Assembly: GCA_012295275.1 (NCBI GenBank)
Contig: CM022677.1
Location: 21,266,001 to 21,330,000, forward strand
Origin: Chrysomallon squamiferum
Lineage: Eukaryota > Animalia > Mollusca
Direction of reading: 5' to 3'
DNA length: 64,000 nt
This document shows positions 27,848-41,775 of this stretch, piece after piece. Positions within the stretch are counted from its first letter, which is position 1, and every line of letters begins with the position of its first letter. Position numbers and translations under genes: made by a program. The notes beneath the pieces were generated by a model. The model was not told the DNA's origin, did not search any database, and worked only from the letters and a program-made list of their open reading frames with translations.

Positions 27848-28788
27848 CTGTAAAGCAAGAACATACATACATACATACATACATACATACACACATACAT
27901 ATATACATACACACAGACACACAGACACACAAACACACAGAAACACATACACACAGACACACAGACACACATACACACACAGGCACACACACACACACAG
28001 ACACACATACACATATACACACAGACACCCTGACCAGCATACACACAGACACACAGACACACATACACACACAGGCACACACACACACACAGACACACAG
28101 ACACATATACACACAGACACCCTGACCAGCATACACACAGACACACATACACACAGACACACATACACACACACAGACACCCTGACCCGCATACACACAT
28201 ACACACAAACACAGACACACATACACACAGACACACAGACACACAGACACACAGACACACAGACACAGACACACAGACACACAGACACACATACACACAC
28301 ACACAGACACACACACACCCTGACCCACATACACACACACACAAACACACAGACACACAAACACACAGACACACAACACACAGACACACATACACACGGA
28401 CACACATACACACAGACACACATACACACAAACATACACACACACACACACAAACACACAACACAGAGACACATAACACACAGACACACAGACACAAGAA
28501 AGACACACAGACATTACACACAGACACCTACACATAGACACGTCAGTCACACAGACACTTCGTCTTCATAGACACGTAGACGTCTGAAACAGACACAAAC
28601 ACACAGACACACACATTACACAGACACACAGACACAAACACACAGACACAGACACACAGACACACAGACACAAACACACAGACACAAACACACAGACACA
28701 CTGACACACAGACACAAACACACAGACACAAACACACAGACACACAGACACACAGACACACAGACACAAGAAAGAAATTCAACATTAC

Positions 28789-28836
28789 ACTCCTCCTCGT
28801 CGTCCATTTCCTCTTCGTCTTCATAGTCGTAGTCGT
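28789..28836 (-). CDS. LRR-TM gene 48-nt acidic stalk microexon (HDYDYEDEEEMDDEEE)
   Basis: Acceptor ttttcag, donor gtaatg, phase 1-1. Links the LRR exon to the TM exon in frame. Confidence 0.75.
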
Positions 28837-29773
28837 CTGAAAATTACTATCACTATTATTATCATTATTATTAGTAGTAGTAGTAGTATTATCAATAGTA
28901 TTATTAGTAGTAGTATTATCAATATTAGTATTATTAGTAGTAGTATTAGTATTATCATTATTATTATCATTATCATTATCAATTACTATTATCATTATTA
29001 TTATTAGTAGTATTATTATCAATATTATTATTAGTAGTATTGTTATTATTATTATTATTAGTAGTAGTAGTAGTAGTATCATTATTATTATTATTATTAT
29101 TATCATTATTATTATTATCATTATTATTATTATTATTATCATTATTACTGGTTGTAGCAGTAGCAGCAGTAACAGAGGTGTTGAACACACATGTACTATA
29201 TATACACATACATGCACACTTGCACACAAATATTTAAATGTACATGAATGAACCTGTACACGCACAAACGCACACAGTAAAACAAATAAGTTATGTACAG
29301 ACAGGTTTCTACCATAATCTGTTTGTGTCTTTTCTTTTCTCTTTGTCTCATTCAAGGCTGGAAAAAAAAAATAATAATAAATATATATGTGTAAATATAT
29401 ATATATATATATACAGACACATACACACACATATACACATATATATATATATATTAAATTTTCACAAATAAGCATTACTGGTAGTAGTAGTAGTAGTAGT
29501 AGTAGTAGCTGTTGTTGTTGTTGTTGTAGTAGTAGTAGTCGTAGTAGTAGTATTGTTTTCGTTGTTGTTACTAGTAGTGGTACTGTTGTTGTACAGTAGT
29601 AGAAGTAATAGTAGTAGTAACAGTAGTAGTAATAGTAGTAGTGATGGTGGTGGTCTTAGTCGTAGTAGCAGTAGGGGTTGAAACTGAAGTAAAAAGCAGT
29701 GGGAGTAGTAACAGATGTCGTTGTAGTAACGACAGTACCAGCAGCAGCAGCAGCAGCAGTCACAAGCACTTAC

Positions 29774-31184
29774 GTTCGCAGCCTAGTAGTCGTTCCAGCG
29801 TCGTCTCCGTGATATTGTTGGACATGTTGATTTCCACCATGTCTATCTTGCATCGGCCGCGGACCACGTCGACGCCGAGGTGGTAGAGATCGCAGCTGCA
29901 GTTGGGCATGGTGCCGTCGAGGTAGAGCTTGGAGAACTGCGCCAGGCTGCTTGTGTTGATGAAGTCGATGGTCGCAAGCTTCGTGTTCTCCAGGTTCAGC
30001 ACGAACCCGTCCCGCAGGCCCAGGAACGCGCGCGGGTCAATCCTGGTCAGCGGGTTGTCCGAGAGGTCGACCCCGCCGACGGTCAAGTTGTCGAAGGCGC
30101 CCGCCGGCAGCCACGTGAACCGGTTCCAGCACAGCCGCAGCATCTTCAGCTTCGTGAACGACCTGAGGAAGCGCACGGGAATCTGCGTCAGATTGCAGCG
30201 CTCCGCGATCAGCAGGATGGCGCACGATTTGACGATGTCGGCGACGTTGTCGTGGAAGGGGATCGACGTGCCGCTGATGTCGAGCACCTTCAGGCAGAAG
30301 CTGCCTTCGAGGGAGTGCCACGAGAAGTTCCTCAGGCCGTTGTCGCTGATGTCGAGGAGCTTCAGTCCGTGCACGTCCCGGACGGCGGCCGGGACGTCGT
30401 CGAGGCCGCAGTTGCTCAGATCCAGCTGCAGCATCTCCCGTATCGCGCCGAACGCGCCGTCCGCGATGACGATGTTGCTGTTGTTGCTGAGGCCGAGCGT
30501 CTCCAGGCGGTTGGCGCCTGTGAAGTCGTCGGCGGTGACGAGGCGTATGTCGTTGCCTTGCAGGTCGAGCTCGGACAGGAAAGGAGCCGCGAGGAAGATC
30601 GGAGGAATCCGCTCCAGCCTGTTGTTCTTCAGCGACAGCGTCGACAGCTGCTCGAAGAGCGTGGCGTTGGTGACGAGCACGCGGCTGAGGTTGCAGCCGT
30701 CGACGTGGAGCTTCTCCAGCGACCGCAGGCCCGTCGCCGCCAACGTCTCCAGGTCGAGCAGCTCGTCGTCCTGGTGGTTGTTGCTCAGCTGCAGGATCTC
30801 CAGCTCCTCCAGGCCTCTCAGCAGACTCAGGTGACGGTTGAAGGCGAAGTCGGTGTCCTGCACGTCGAGAATGTGCAGCGTCTTGGCGATGTTGTCGAAC
30901 ACGCCCTCCTGCATCACCGCACCCCTGACCCCGCGCAGGGACACGAAGTTGAAGGGCACGCCCTCCGGGAAGGACGACCTGTCCAGCCTCTTTAGCTGGT
31001 TGAACCGTAAGTCCAAGTACAGCTTCGTCGTCACCGACTTCAGCGGCTCGAAGTTCGGCACGGAATCAGTGACGCATCTGACGTAGTAGATGTCGGTCAC
31101 GTTCCCGCAGAAGCAGTATCGCGGGCACACGTCGGCGTAGCAGTCCGTAAACAGTAACATGATGATTGAAATGAGTATCTCCAT
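29774..31184 (-). CDS. LRR-TM gene first coding exon: signal peptide, LRRNT, 16 LRR, Cys cap (type I LRR membrane protein, ~771 aa in total)
   Basis: Intact 474-aa ORF with MEILISIIMLLFTDCYA signal, CPRYCFC cap and LRR consensus. Donor C|gtaagt at 29774. Confidence 0.93.
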
Positions 31185-31790
31185 TTTCTTTTTCTTTTTC
31201 TTTTTTTCTTTTCTTTTTTTCTTTTTGTATCAGTATTTCTAACCTGCCAATCTAATATATATATATAAAAAAAAATAATAATAAATAAATAAACAAATAA
31301 ATAAACAAACAAAAACTAAAACAGAAAATTAGAAATTAAAAAATTAAATATGCATTTACATATACATGCAAAATTATGGTGCATATATACATACATATAA
31401 TGTTTACATTCATACATGCATGTACATAAATATACTTAAATACGTACATATATCATATACTACTTTATATTAAACCATTGATCATAAAGGTTCAATAATA
31501 AATAAATAAATAAATAAATAAATAAAACCAGAAACGTCACTATCTCGTCAGAAACTTCCCTACATAGAATTACAGGCCGAGATGACAACAACAACGACAA
31601 CAACAACAATGATAATAGCAACAATTAATAACAATAACACCAAGAACAATTATACCAATAACAGTAATAATTAAAACTACCACAACAACAAGAAAAAACA
31701 ACGACAGTAACAACAACAACAACAACAACGATGACGATAATAACAATAATAATTAAAACGCTGATAATAAAGGTTGTCGTCGTAGCTGTA

Positions 31791-31826
<36 letters not shown>

Positions 31827-31895
31827 GCAACAGTTATAACAACAGCAACAGCAACAACAAAAAAAAAATTCATAATAATAAGAAAAATGTCGATA

Positions 31896-31940
<45 letters not shown>

Positions 31941-32357
31941 ATTCGGCACGATTTAGGAGTTATATTGTCTCTATTTCATCTCAGCCCTGTTTACCTGAAG
32001 CTTTCTCCTTCTGTTAGTTACCGCCCGAATTTCTCTTCCCTCTCCCCTTTAGATGTACGCCCCTTTTTTGTGTCCCTAAACACAATTATTATTCAACTGT
32101 CAAATCCCAAACATTTTAGTTGTTTACATGTTCCATTTTGGTCACTGTGTATTTTGTTTGCGTTTGTTCGTCCTACGTCATTAGAGTATTGCGTCATCAA
32201 TGACCTGAACTTTGACACAGAGAATATATTTAGCAGGTTTGGTTATTATCTGTAGCTTATTATTTATTTATTTATTTATTTATTTATTCATTCATTTATC
32301 ATTGTTGTTATTGTTGTTTCTGTTATTATTGTTATTGTTATGATTTAATATTCATAC

Positions 32358-32399
<42 letters not shown>

Positions 32400-32734
32400 C
32401 ATTGTATTATATTATTATTATTGTTATTATTATTAAAAGAGAAAGAACTACAACGACAACATCATCACCAACAACACATAAATATCTATTTGTTATTATA
32501 TTTGTTCTTGCTTCTGTTAATCAGTTATTTTATATACTTACTTTTAAATTTATTAACTATTTGCTATTATTTTATTCATTTATTTATTTTATTTTATTTT
32601 ATTTTTCTCTTTCTTCTTCGTTTCTTTCTTTCTTTCTTTATTTAGTTATTTAGTCATCACGCACGTTTTAACAACTATTTATAAAATGATGACATATATG
32701 TATGGCGTGAGATCTTTTCTATTTTTAGCGCTTG

Positions 32735-32744
32735 GGGAAATTCC
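32735..32744 (+). promoter_or_regulatory. NF-kB (kappaB) consensus site GGGAAATTCC between divergent genes
   Basis: Perfect match to GGGRNWYYCC, upstream of a candidate 5'UTR donor (gtaagg at 32966) of the NHR-CARD gene. Confidence 0.45.
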
Positions 32745-33072
32745 AGTCTTTGCGGAAGAAATTCAGTATGGAGGAAGATACGCGAAGGTTGTTGTTTTCA
32801 TAATTTATATTTGTTTTAAGGAAAACAGTTTATTGGTTATGGCATACAAATAAGGTACAGTGTTTGGAAAGTAGACAATGCAAGAATAAGTTATATATTC
32901 GCTACTTAGAGCTGTTTTAGCGATTTCATAAAAAGACAATAATAGGACGCTGTTTCTCGGGAAATGTAAGGGAGATAATTCAACATTTTTTATTTTTTAT
33001 TTTTTATTATTATTTTTGTGTTGTTGTTATTGTTGTTGTTGTTGTTGTTGTTGTTTCAAAGCGGCAAAAAAA

Positions 33073-33117
<45 letters not shown>

Positions 33118-33256
33118 TAGTACGTGTTGTTCTTGTAATAATAGTAGTAGCAGTTCTTTCAGAAGTTTGTGTATCGCAGCCATTAATCTACCAAACAAGC
33201 ATGTCAACCGAAACTGGGCTTTTAAATATTACTATCGTTGTTGTTGTTGTTGTTAC

Positions 33257-33317
<61 letters not shown>

Positions 33318-33331
33318 TTCTACAGTTAATA

Positions 33332-33758
33332 ATGACAGAACAGAAAAAATACAGTTTCTCTTGTGCCCATGGTCCAAACGTCTACGTGGACGAAAATAAA
33401 TCCGTTTGCCACTGGCAGACCACGAAATACTACAGCAAAGTCGTCACCGACAGGCAGTTTATCATCGGCGACAAAATCCAGTTACGTATTCGCGGGAAGG
33501 GTCACGTGCTGGTGGGGCTGACGTCATGCGACATGACGAACGTCATGAATCTGGGAGGCAGCGGGATCGAGCAGTGTGCAGCAGTTTTACGAACTCCCGA
33601 GGAGAAAAATCCCTGTGAAGAATTTCGACTGGAGAAATCGTCAGATCACCAGATTTGCGGGGCGGCTGGTACAGAAGAGTTCACTTACACGCTTCACGCA
33701 GTCTTGTTGTATGTTGAGGTTGTATCTGGAGACGTCAGTGTGGAGCTTTCGATCTCAG
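33332..33758 (+). CDS. NHR-NHR-CARD gene exon 1: Neuralized homology repeat 1
   Basis: Acceptor tctacag then ATG at 33332. [17 protein letters not shown]...VVTDRQF...[16 protein letters not shown] resembles the NHR pattern. Donor G|gtagat. Confidence 0.8.
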
Positions 33759-33759
33759 G

Positions 33760-33890
<131 letters not shown>

Positions 33891-34059
33891 GTAGATAGAT
33901 AGATAAACATGTATCTTAAAATTTAATTTAATTATGGGTGTCTATGTGTGTGCTCACATACATTCAGACATAAACGCACATATCCACACACACACATATA
34001 CAGTATATATACATATATATACATATATACATATATATACATATATACATATATACACA

Positions 34060-34602
34060 TAAACAGACAAATATTAATTTCAAATAAAAACAGACAAATT
34101 TTAATTTGGAATAAAAACAGACAAATATTAATTTCAAATAAAATCAGACAAATATGAATCAAGAATAAAAACAGACAAATATTAATTTGGAATAAAAACA
34201 GACAAATATTAATTTCAAATTCAGACAAATATGAAAATAAAAACAGACAAATATTAATTTGGAATAAAAACAGACAAAAAATTCAGAATTTAAACAGACA
34301 AATATTAATTTTAAAAAAGGACAAAATAAAATCAAATAAAAAGACAAATATGAATTTGGAATAAAAACAGACAAAAATTTCAAATATTAATTTTAATTTG
34401 GAATAAAAACAGACAAATATTAATTTTCAAATATTAGTTTCAAATAAAAGGACAAATATGAATTTGGAATAAAAACAGACAAATATTAATTTGGAATAAA
34501 AACAGACAAATATTAATTTAGAATTTAAACAGACAAATATTAATTTCAAATAAAAAAGGACAAATATTAATTTGGAATAAAAACAGACAAATATTCATTT
34601 CA
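34060..34602. repeat. ~27-bp AT-rich minisatellite (AAACAGACAAATATTAATTTGGAATAA)
   Basis: About 20 tandem diverged units in intron 1. Confidence 0.9.
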
Positions 34603-34670
34603 ATAATAATAACAATAATAATATATATATATATATATTTCTATTCTAAATTAATATTGATCTGCGTCAG

Positions 34671-34890
34671 GATCTCCAGAGAACTCAAGTCCTCTACAGT
34701 TCAGCAGAAACTGCGGGAAGAACATTGTCCTTGATGAGTCGTCTACACTGGCAAAACTGCGAGTGATGAACCCGGGGGCTCTGTGCTCGATCCACGAACC
34801 GCTGCTTTGTGAGGAAGAAATCTACCTGGACGTTGAGCCAGTGGACAATGCAGACTGGACACAGCTAGCCATTTATGTCAGTAATGACAG
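34671..34890 (+). CDS. NHR-NHR-CARD gene exon 2: start of NHR2 (LQFSRNCGKNIVLDESSTLAKL...)
   Basis: Acceptor gcgtcag (phase 1), donor AG|gtgagt (phase 2). Open frame, not in the ORF track. Confidence 0.82.
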
Positions 34891-35465
34891 GTGAGTCATA
34901 GGTAAAAAAATCAAATTTAAAAATTTAATATATATATATACGTTTTTGATTTTATTAATGTTGTTTAGTTAAAATTAAGTAGTACTATATATATTTATTT
35001 ATTTATTTTTTTTTTTTTTTTTTATAATATGAAATTAATAAAACCAGTAGTAATAATACTAAAAGTATTTACAGCTGGGAGAATACTTGTAGTAAGTATA
35101 AAGATATAATTTTCATTTATTTAGTTTTTTTTTAAATAATATAAAATTAATAATAATAGTCATAGTAATAATAATAGAAGTATTTACAATTGTAATAGTA
35201 CTTGTATTATAAGGATATAGATATATATATAAATACTTTCAAATAATTTGAAATTAATAATAATAATAGTAGTAATAATATAAGTATTTATACCATCTTA
35301 CAGTACTTGCAGTATAAGGATATAATTTTTGTTTATTTTACTTTTTGTTTAATAATTTAAAAATAATAACAGTAGTAGTAATAATAGAAGTATATATTAG
35401 TAGCTGTAGTATAAGGTTATAAAAAATAAAATTACAAAATTATAACATTAATAGTAATAGAAATA

Positions 35466-36169
35466 CAGTGGTACCTCGACTTACGAGTGCCAAACTTACG
35501 AGTTTTTCGAGTTACGAGCTTTGAGTTGCGAGCCAAAATCCGAGTTACGAGCAAACTTCAGATACGCTGCTGCTAGTTGGCGCAACGAACAACACAAGCT
35601 CCGGCCAGCATCCCACGTCTCACTCATTTACTTCACGTGGTTACCTCGCCGCGGAAGCATCTCTGTTGTTTTGTGCAGTATTTAGCCAAATTTCTTTTTT
35701 CTGACCATAGATCGTAAGAAAGACAGTGCTGAGAAGAAGAAGCGGATGATGTCCATTGAATTCATAGAAAAACATGAGCGAGGTGTGCATGTAGTCGACT
35801 TGGCTAGGCAGTACGAGTGTAGTACTTCTATGCTATGTATCATACTGAAGCTGAAGGAGTCAATAAAGGCTGTATCTCCAACCAAAGGCGTAAAAATAAT
35901 TTGTCTGATCTCCAAGATAAATAAACTTTACAAAATCAGTTTATTTCTTTACATTTGCTTTTCTTTTATTTTTTTTTATTTTTTTTTTAATACAATATTT
36001 TCATTTAGAAATACATTTTTCTTATTTAAAAACATGTTACAATAATAATAATAATAAAATGGGGTGTTTTTGGGGCGGGGCTAGAACGGATTAATAGTAT
36101 TTCAGTTAACGTTAGTTGTGAAAATTGATTTGAGATACGAGCAAATACTTGTAAGCCAAGGTACCACTG
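35466..36169 (+). mobile_element. Non-autonomous pogo/Tigger (Tc1-mariner superfamily) element, 704 bp
   Basis: TIRs CAGTGGTACCTCGACTTACGAG and CTTGTAAGCCAAGGTACCACTG, flanked by TA on both sides. Internal remnant KKKRMMSIEF..KHERGVHVVDLARQYECSTSMLCIILK resembles the CENP-B/psq HTH N-terminus. Confidence 0.9.
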
Positions 36170-36275
36170 TATATCATTTCTCATTGAGGCTGTAGGGTAA
36201 GGCAGAAATAATGTTTTAAAAATAGTAGCAAAATAAAATTAATAATATTAATAAGAATAATTTATTATTATTATT

Positions 36276-36307
<32 letters not shown>

Positions 36308-36317
36308 TATTATTATT

Positions 36318-36350
<33 letters not shown>

Positions 36351-36593
36351 AATTTGCAGTTGTAAAAGTAACAGTAACTGAAGTAGTAGTAATAAAAGAG
36401 GTAATGGTAGTAGTAATAGAAGTAGTAGTAGTAGCAGTAGCAGCAGCAGTAGTAACTAATAGTATTAGTAGTGGTGGTGGTGATAGTAATAATAACAGTA
36501 GTACTATCAGTAGTAGTAACAGTAGCTGTGGTAGTAGTAATAGTAGAAATAGCAGTAGTTCTTCTCATTGATAGTAATATCAATAATAATATC

Positions 36594-36625
<32 letters not shown>

Positions 36626-37012
36626 CAACAACAACAACAATAATAATAATTCAATAATAGTAATTCAATATTAATAATAAAAACAAAAATAATAATATCA
36701 ATAATAATAATATCTAACAACAACAACAACAATAATAATAATAATAATAACAATAAATCAATAATAATAATAACAACAATAATAATAACAGTAACAACAA
36801 TAATAATAATAACAATAATAATAACAGTAACAACAATAATAACAATAATAATAATGGAATAATAATAATAACAATAATACAAATAATACTAAAAACAATA
36901 ACACTAATAATACTGAAAACAATAACACTAATAATACTAATAACACTAATAACACTAATAATAATCCATTCCTTTGTCCAGTAGTGTTTGTAATACTTCT
37001 TCATTCCCGCAG

Positions 37013-37281
37013 CCAGCTGGATCTCGACTGGGAACAACCAATGCGTCACACGGCTGAAATGTGTGCGTCGCTGATTCCACTGGTGAGAATTGACGGTGCA
37101 CGAGGAGTTGTGACCTTGTCTATGACGTCAAAAGGTCAAATAAAGGTCTGCGCATGCGGGAAGAAGTATGTAAACGAGCCTAGCGAAAAGCTGGACCTCG
37201 AGCAAAACCTGTTCGTCTACTTCGAGCCACTGAATGCAAAACTGACGCTGACGTCACGATTTGATGTCGAGCAGAACTATG
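37013..37281 (+). CDS. NHR-NHR-CARD gene exon 3 (second half of NHR2)
   Basis: Acceptor cccgcag (phase 2), donor G|gtaagc (phase 1). ORF 36984-37292. Confidence 0.8.
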
Positions 37282-37318
37282 GTAAGCGTTAACACGAAAA
37301 CGTGTGTAGACAGTATCA

Positions 37319-37407
<89 letters not shown>

Positions 37408-37491
37408 AAAGAACATCCTTCGAAATTTTAAAAAAATGAGAAGGACAACAACAACAACAACAAAATAAACAAATGATTTATGTCCTCGCAG

Positions 37492-37584
37492 ATGATCTGA
37501 CTGATGTGGATGACAACTCTACAGACAATAATGCAGATTGCGAGGATTATCTCCCTTTGCCAGTGAGCTTACGTTGTCCAGAAG
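37492..37584 (+). CDS. NHR-NHR-CARD gene exon 4 (acidic linker DDLTDVDDNSTDNNADCEDYLPLP...)
   Basis: 93 nt, phase 1-1, acceptor ctcgcag, donor AAG|gtagag. Confidence 0.7.
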
Positions 37585-37607
37585 GTAGAGACCTTTTCTT
37601 TACTGCC

Positions 37608-37644
<37 letters not shown>

Positions 37645-37829
37645 ATATATTTTTCCATTTTATTTTATTTATATATATATATATATATATTTTTAATTAT
37701 TGTTATTTTCTTTTCATTTAATGTCTCTTTCTTACTAGACTTCTATCTGTGTGTCTCTCTCTGGTCAGGTTGTATCTCTCTCTCTCTCTTTATCTATCTA
37801 TCTATCTCTCTCTCTCTCACTCACTCAGT

Positions 37830-37861
<32 letters not shown>

Positions 37862-38079
37862 TACCTTCTCACACGTACTTTTTTTCATAATCTCTGTCAA
37901 TAAATCAAATAACATACGAAAAAAAAAACCCCAAAAAACGTAACACCAGCATGAAAAAGACAACACAAGTTCCAACAACCTATCCATTCCAGATAAAAAA
38001 AAAAAAAAAAAAAAGTGTTCATTCTCTGCTAGTCAATTCCAGCATGTCTTATGCTTACCAGTGTTGTTCCTTTTTTCAG

Positions 38080-38600
38080 CAGCTGCAGGCAGCAGTTGTG
38101 CACAAGAATCCAAGGCAGATAACTCCAGTAAAACATGTCCTCAGCCATCAGCAGCCGCAGCAGCAGCAGCAGCTGCTAGCACAGATGTACAAGAACCGAT
38201 GTCAGACAACTCCGGCAGGATTCCCGTTGACGAGAGTTGTTCCCCTTCAGCTGCAGTACGCACCGGGCATGTGGGAGTTGTGGAAAAGGAGGAAAGCACT
38301 GAGGGAAGAATGATACGCAGGGAGTACAGTTTCGAAAAGGACGTCCGTCCCCATTACGTACAACTCGTCAAAGCGATGGACGCAGACAACCTAGCAGATC
38401 ATCTGTTCGCGAAGAAAGTGATCGACGAGGACCTGCTGGAGTTCGCGCAGGACAAGCACAACGAGAGGAAAGACAGAAACAGGAGACTGCTGAACGCGGT
38501 GAGGACGAGACCAGACGCGATCGAACTGTTTGTAGCCTCGCTGGAAGAGTCCGGCCAGCAACACCTGGCTTCGCTCATTCAGGCAGGAGAGGCTCGCTGA
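38080..38600 (+). CDS. NHR-NHR-CARD gene last exon: linker and CARD-like death-fold domain (~509 aa protein in total)
   Basis: Acceptor ttttcag, phase 1. HYVQLVKAMDADNLADHLFAKKVI...ERKDRNRRLLNAV...AIELFVASLEESGQQHLASLI fits CARD helices. TGA at 38600, AATAAA near 38737. Confidence 0.85.
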
Positions 38601-39164
38601 CGACGACGACGACGACGACGATGATGTCGACGATGACGATGAATGTCACATGGTCCAAGTCGTAACGGAAACATTACTTTGCGTTAAATACGATTTCATG
38701 TTCCTTGACACAGGCGGTGACGCTCCTCGTAAAGTAAATAAAAAAAAAAAGGTTTGTGTCACTTTTCAACCAATCAGTGGAAAAGAAACTCACGACTGAC
38801 CAATCGGAGTGGATGTTTAACGACCTATAACACTAAACTGACCAATCAGAAACGCACAGTGACCAATCAAAAGAGTTTTATTTTTTTTAATTTTAATTTT
38901 AATTTTTTTGTATTTCCCCTTTAACTTTCGTGGTTTTGTCCACAGTATACTCATCACTGCTGCAATACCAATGAAAATCTGTGCACTAAGAAACAGTGAA
39001 CAGTCTAACTGGAGTTTTACGACTCTAAACAAACATAACATCGGAAGCATATTTTATATTTTATTTAATCAACCCGTGATTTTTTCAAAATTTATCAATA
39101 GCTTTTTTTTTTTTTTTTTTTTTTGTTAAAGATACTGATTTTCCAAATGATGTAACAGATATGC

Positions 39165-39197
<33 letters not shown>

Positions 39198-40181
39198 CTA
39201 GATCATGATTAAGGATATAAGTGACAGATCCGTTCCTCCTCAGTCTGTTAAATATATTCTTCTACTGACAGTGGGCATTTGAAAACAGATTTTTGAAGAA
39301 AAAAAAAATAGAAGTCTATAAATCCTTTCAAATATCCAATGTTCCAGTCTAACATTCGTGTTAAAGGGTCCAATTAAAATATCTTTACACTTTAACATGA
39401 GTGTAAAGTGACCAATCAAATTGCATTCTTAATAGCACATCTGGAAAAACGATAACAACACGTGTTCATAGATTAGGGGTTAAACAACCAATCAAAATAA
39501 CGACAATTTATTTATTTTTTTTTTTTTTTTTTTTTTTTGCATATTTGAATCAACCCGTCGCATAGATACGTTCAAGAACCAATCGAAATAACTTCTTGCA
39601 GTATTAAACGTTTGGTTATTGAACGACCAATGAAAACAGATGTTTCATTTTACGTCAGAGTCTTCCTGATCTCATTACGTTACATTCACTGCTCGGTTCG
39701 ATTCCGTTTAGAATGTTTCTGTTAGGGTCGTTTTCATCACGTGATGATGATTTCTTTGTTGATTCCCTGTTCCAAACGGACTGACTGATTTCCCCATCAC
39801 ATTTTTTTTGCAATTGGTTGACAAGCACTTCATTCTCTGTGACTAACTTAGAAACGTCCTAACAAGTTGTTCTATAGTAGCAGAAAGCCTGCAGTACTTC
39901 ACACATACAAACCACACTCGTCTTCTGCAGATTCAGAGTGCTTTAAAGTTGTCAGTTTCCATGACAACAGCTCAAGTGAAAAACGGGTGCTAGGTGTGGG
40001 TGAAAATACAGTTTTTTATTATTATTATTATTATTAATGTAATTTGTTTCGGAGAAGTGTTTGGACTGGATTAAGAAAAGTCAAAACAGACCCTGCTTTA
40101 AATACAATTTCATTGGGTTTTAAAAAAAAAAATTTACTATATTTATATGTATACAGTTTCATTGTTTATTTTTGTATTTTT

Positions 40182-40274
<93 letters not shown>

Positions 40275-40689
40275 AGGAGATATCAGTAGTATTGTATTTA
40301 GTTCTTGCTCAATATCTAAAGTAATGCTGTTGTTATGCACGTTTTTACACACATACACACACACATACACACACACACTCATTTATATTGCAGTTTATTT
40401 CTTGTAAACACTGTTTGTGCTAATATTTATATCAAACCAGTATTACTTATTATTTCTTTACTTTTACTGTGTGTACAGCAGATCCGTGCTTACTATAATC
40501 CTTATCTGCCAGTATTCTGTTTGTGTTTGATCAGAAGCAGCTGTCGCTTTGTATTTGTTATATATGGGACAAAGATGTATTTTTGCTTTTCATGTTTCAA
40601 ATTGACTGTGTATGTTTCCTAACTGCTGTTAATACTATTGCTAAAATTATTATTATAATACTAATGATGATGATGGTGATGATGATGAG

Positions 40690-40728
<39 letters not shown>

Positions 40729-40963
40729 ATTATTATTTCATTTGCTGAGTGATGTTTTTATTTTGTTTTGTTTGTCAACATTTAAAGGTTTAGTACTTGT
40801 GTACCAATCTAGCAGTAAACGTATCAGATTTTTTATTCTTGTTTTGCTTATAATTATCATTGTTCCATAATCATTACCTTATTACTGGTATTTCATCTTC
40901 GTTACTGTATAATTATCATCATCATTTTTATTATCATCGCTAGTTACTGTAGTTGAATATGGG

Positions 40964-41186
<223 letters not shown>

Positions 41187-41278
41187 CACACACTAACACA
41201 CATTATATAGATACACTCTCATATGCATCGTTTATTCCTGTCTCCGTGTCTCATGCACTTTCACATTTAAGTGTCTCT

Positions 41279-41356
<78 letters not shown>

Positions 41357-41737
41357 TTCACAGACAGCGTCATACGAAGGGCTATCAGTTTGTTACACTC
41401 TTGTGAAATAACAAGCTTGTTCAGTTCATCTTCAGTTATATATTATTATCAATGATACCCATCTATGTGAAGACACTTATCACGTTAATGATTTCTCCAC
41501 AACAACTATCATCAATGACTTCACAAAACTGGATACAGATAACATCAGTATTCAATCTTTAATTCTGTTGATCTCAGTAATTGTTTAAATAGTTTAGTAA
41601 CAGGCCTGTGGGCGACTCGTGTGGTTCTGGGGGACGGTGGGGGGTGACCACTGTGTTGGTGATCCCTGATCTATACACATAAACACACTCACCCTTTTTT
41701 TCCAAAAATCTCTGTCAAAAAAAAAATTAAATAAATA

Positions 41738-41775
<38 letters not shown>

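Noticed and set aside
29880-30995. Long plus-strand ORFs (371 and 301 aa) overlapping the LRR exon
   Set aside because: Antisense shadows of a high-GC3 coding exon, with no recognisable domain.
25020-31184. Calling the LRR-TM protein a Toll-like receptor
   Set aside because: No TIR domain in the assembled cytoplasmic exons.
34060-34602. Regularly repeated ~27-bp units, superficially CRISPR-like
   Set aside because: No unique spacers, eukaryotic intron context and no cas genes.
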